From Rhina ancylostomus (taxonomy: Eukaryota), in contig JARFYF010000002.1 in the NCBI GenBank assembly GCA_030265395.1, forward strand, positions 70,853,744 to 70,917,743: a stretch of DNA of 64,000 bases, in the 5' to 3' direction. Position numbers and translations under genes: made by a program. This document shows, piece by piece, positions 63,600 to 64,000 of the stretch (positions are counted from its first letter, which is position 1; each line of letters opens with the position of its first letter). The notes under the pieces are model-generated. The model searched no databases. It saw nothing but the letters and a program-made list of their open reading frames with translations, and was not told the DNA's origin.

Positions 63600-64000
63600 G
63601 AAAGGGATGATGGGAAAATAGGCCAGTAAGCAGGCCAGTAGGTGGTTTAAAGGTCATGCTAAATGAGCAGAACATTCACTCGATCAGGGAATTACAGAGC
63701 ATAGCTCGCTGGAGCACTGGTAAACAAATGGAGGTTGCGATATAGGCTAACTGCAGGAGAACTGATCATAAGTAGAGTTTTGACAGAAGGACAAGACCAT
63801 AAATTAGAGCACCCAGTTGTAGGGAGAATGAAGACCAAAAAGGCTAAAATCAGCCCAAAAGAAGATAAGGACAACTTAAAATGTTATAATTATGGAAAGA
63901 CAGGACATCTTGCAAGGGACTGTCAGGAAAGGAAGGATAAGATACCTGTCCAGCCACGGTGCAGCAGTTATTGGAACATGGGATGCTTATCAGAAGATGG
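63600..64000 (+). mobile_element. LTR-retroelement gag remnant with a zinc knuckle (CYNYGKTGHLARDC at 63882-63923), running off the window
   Basis: Fits the CX2CX4HX4C pattern with the second Cys changed to Tyr. It is preceded by a basic stretch and followed by a second degenerate knuckle (PRCSSY..). Confidence 0.6.

Noticed and set aside
1-64000. Prokaryotic-type systems (CRISPR arrays, operons, rRNA)
   Set aside because: There is no regularly spaced repeat-spacer array, dense ORF packing or rRNA similarity. The sequence is spliceosomal-intron-containing vertebrate DNA.

Overview
Vertebrate genomic DNA with many N gaps. The repeat content (CR1/HER1-like LINEs, V-SINEs, Penelope-like 3' ends, Rex1/Babar LINEs) suggests a cartilaginous fish; this is an inference. 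The window holds one protein-coding gene, on the + strand: RNF144A, an RBR E3 ubiquitin ligase. It has 7 coding exons (26982-27116, 31545-31649, 31964-32024, 36788-36998, 39041-39191, 49640-49729, 51739-51870) totalling 885 nt, or 294 aa plus stop. One intron is GC-AG, and the 3'UTR probably runs ~5 kb to a polyA signal at 56876. The first, non-coding exon(s) could not be placed. The rest is intronic or intergenic DNA with decayed transposable elements. Four things stand out. (1) About 10 Penelope-derived 3'-end fragments carry a minimal hammerhead-ribozyme motif; several are ~200-250 bp self-complementary units, two have ~15-bp target-site duplications, and one lies in the likely 3'UTR. (2) Two V-SINE types share a core but have different LINE tails, one with an apparently bipartite Rex1/Babar module. 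(3) A CpG-rich 248-bp solo LTR with a perfect 5-bp TSD carries CRE, E-box and YY1 motifs and a + strand splice donor upstream of RNF144A. (4) A long intronic inverted repeat. Repeat boundaries are approximate, and family names come from motif recognition, not database searches.
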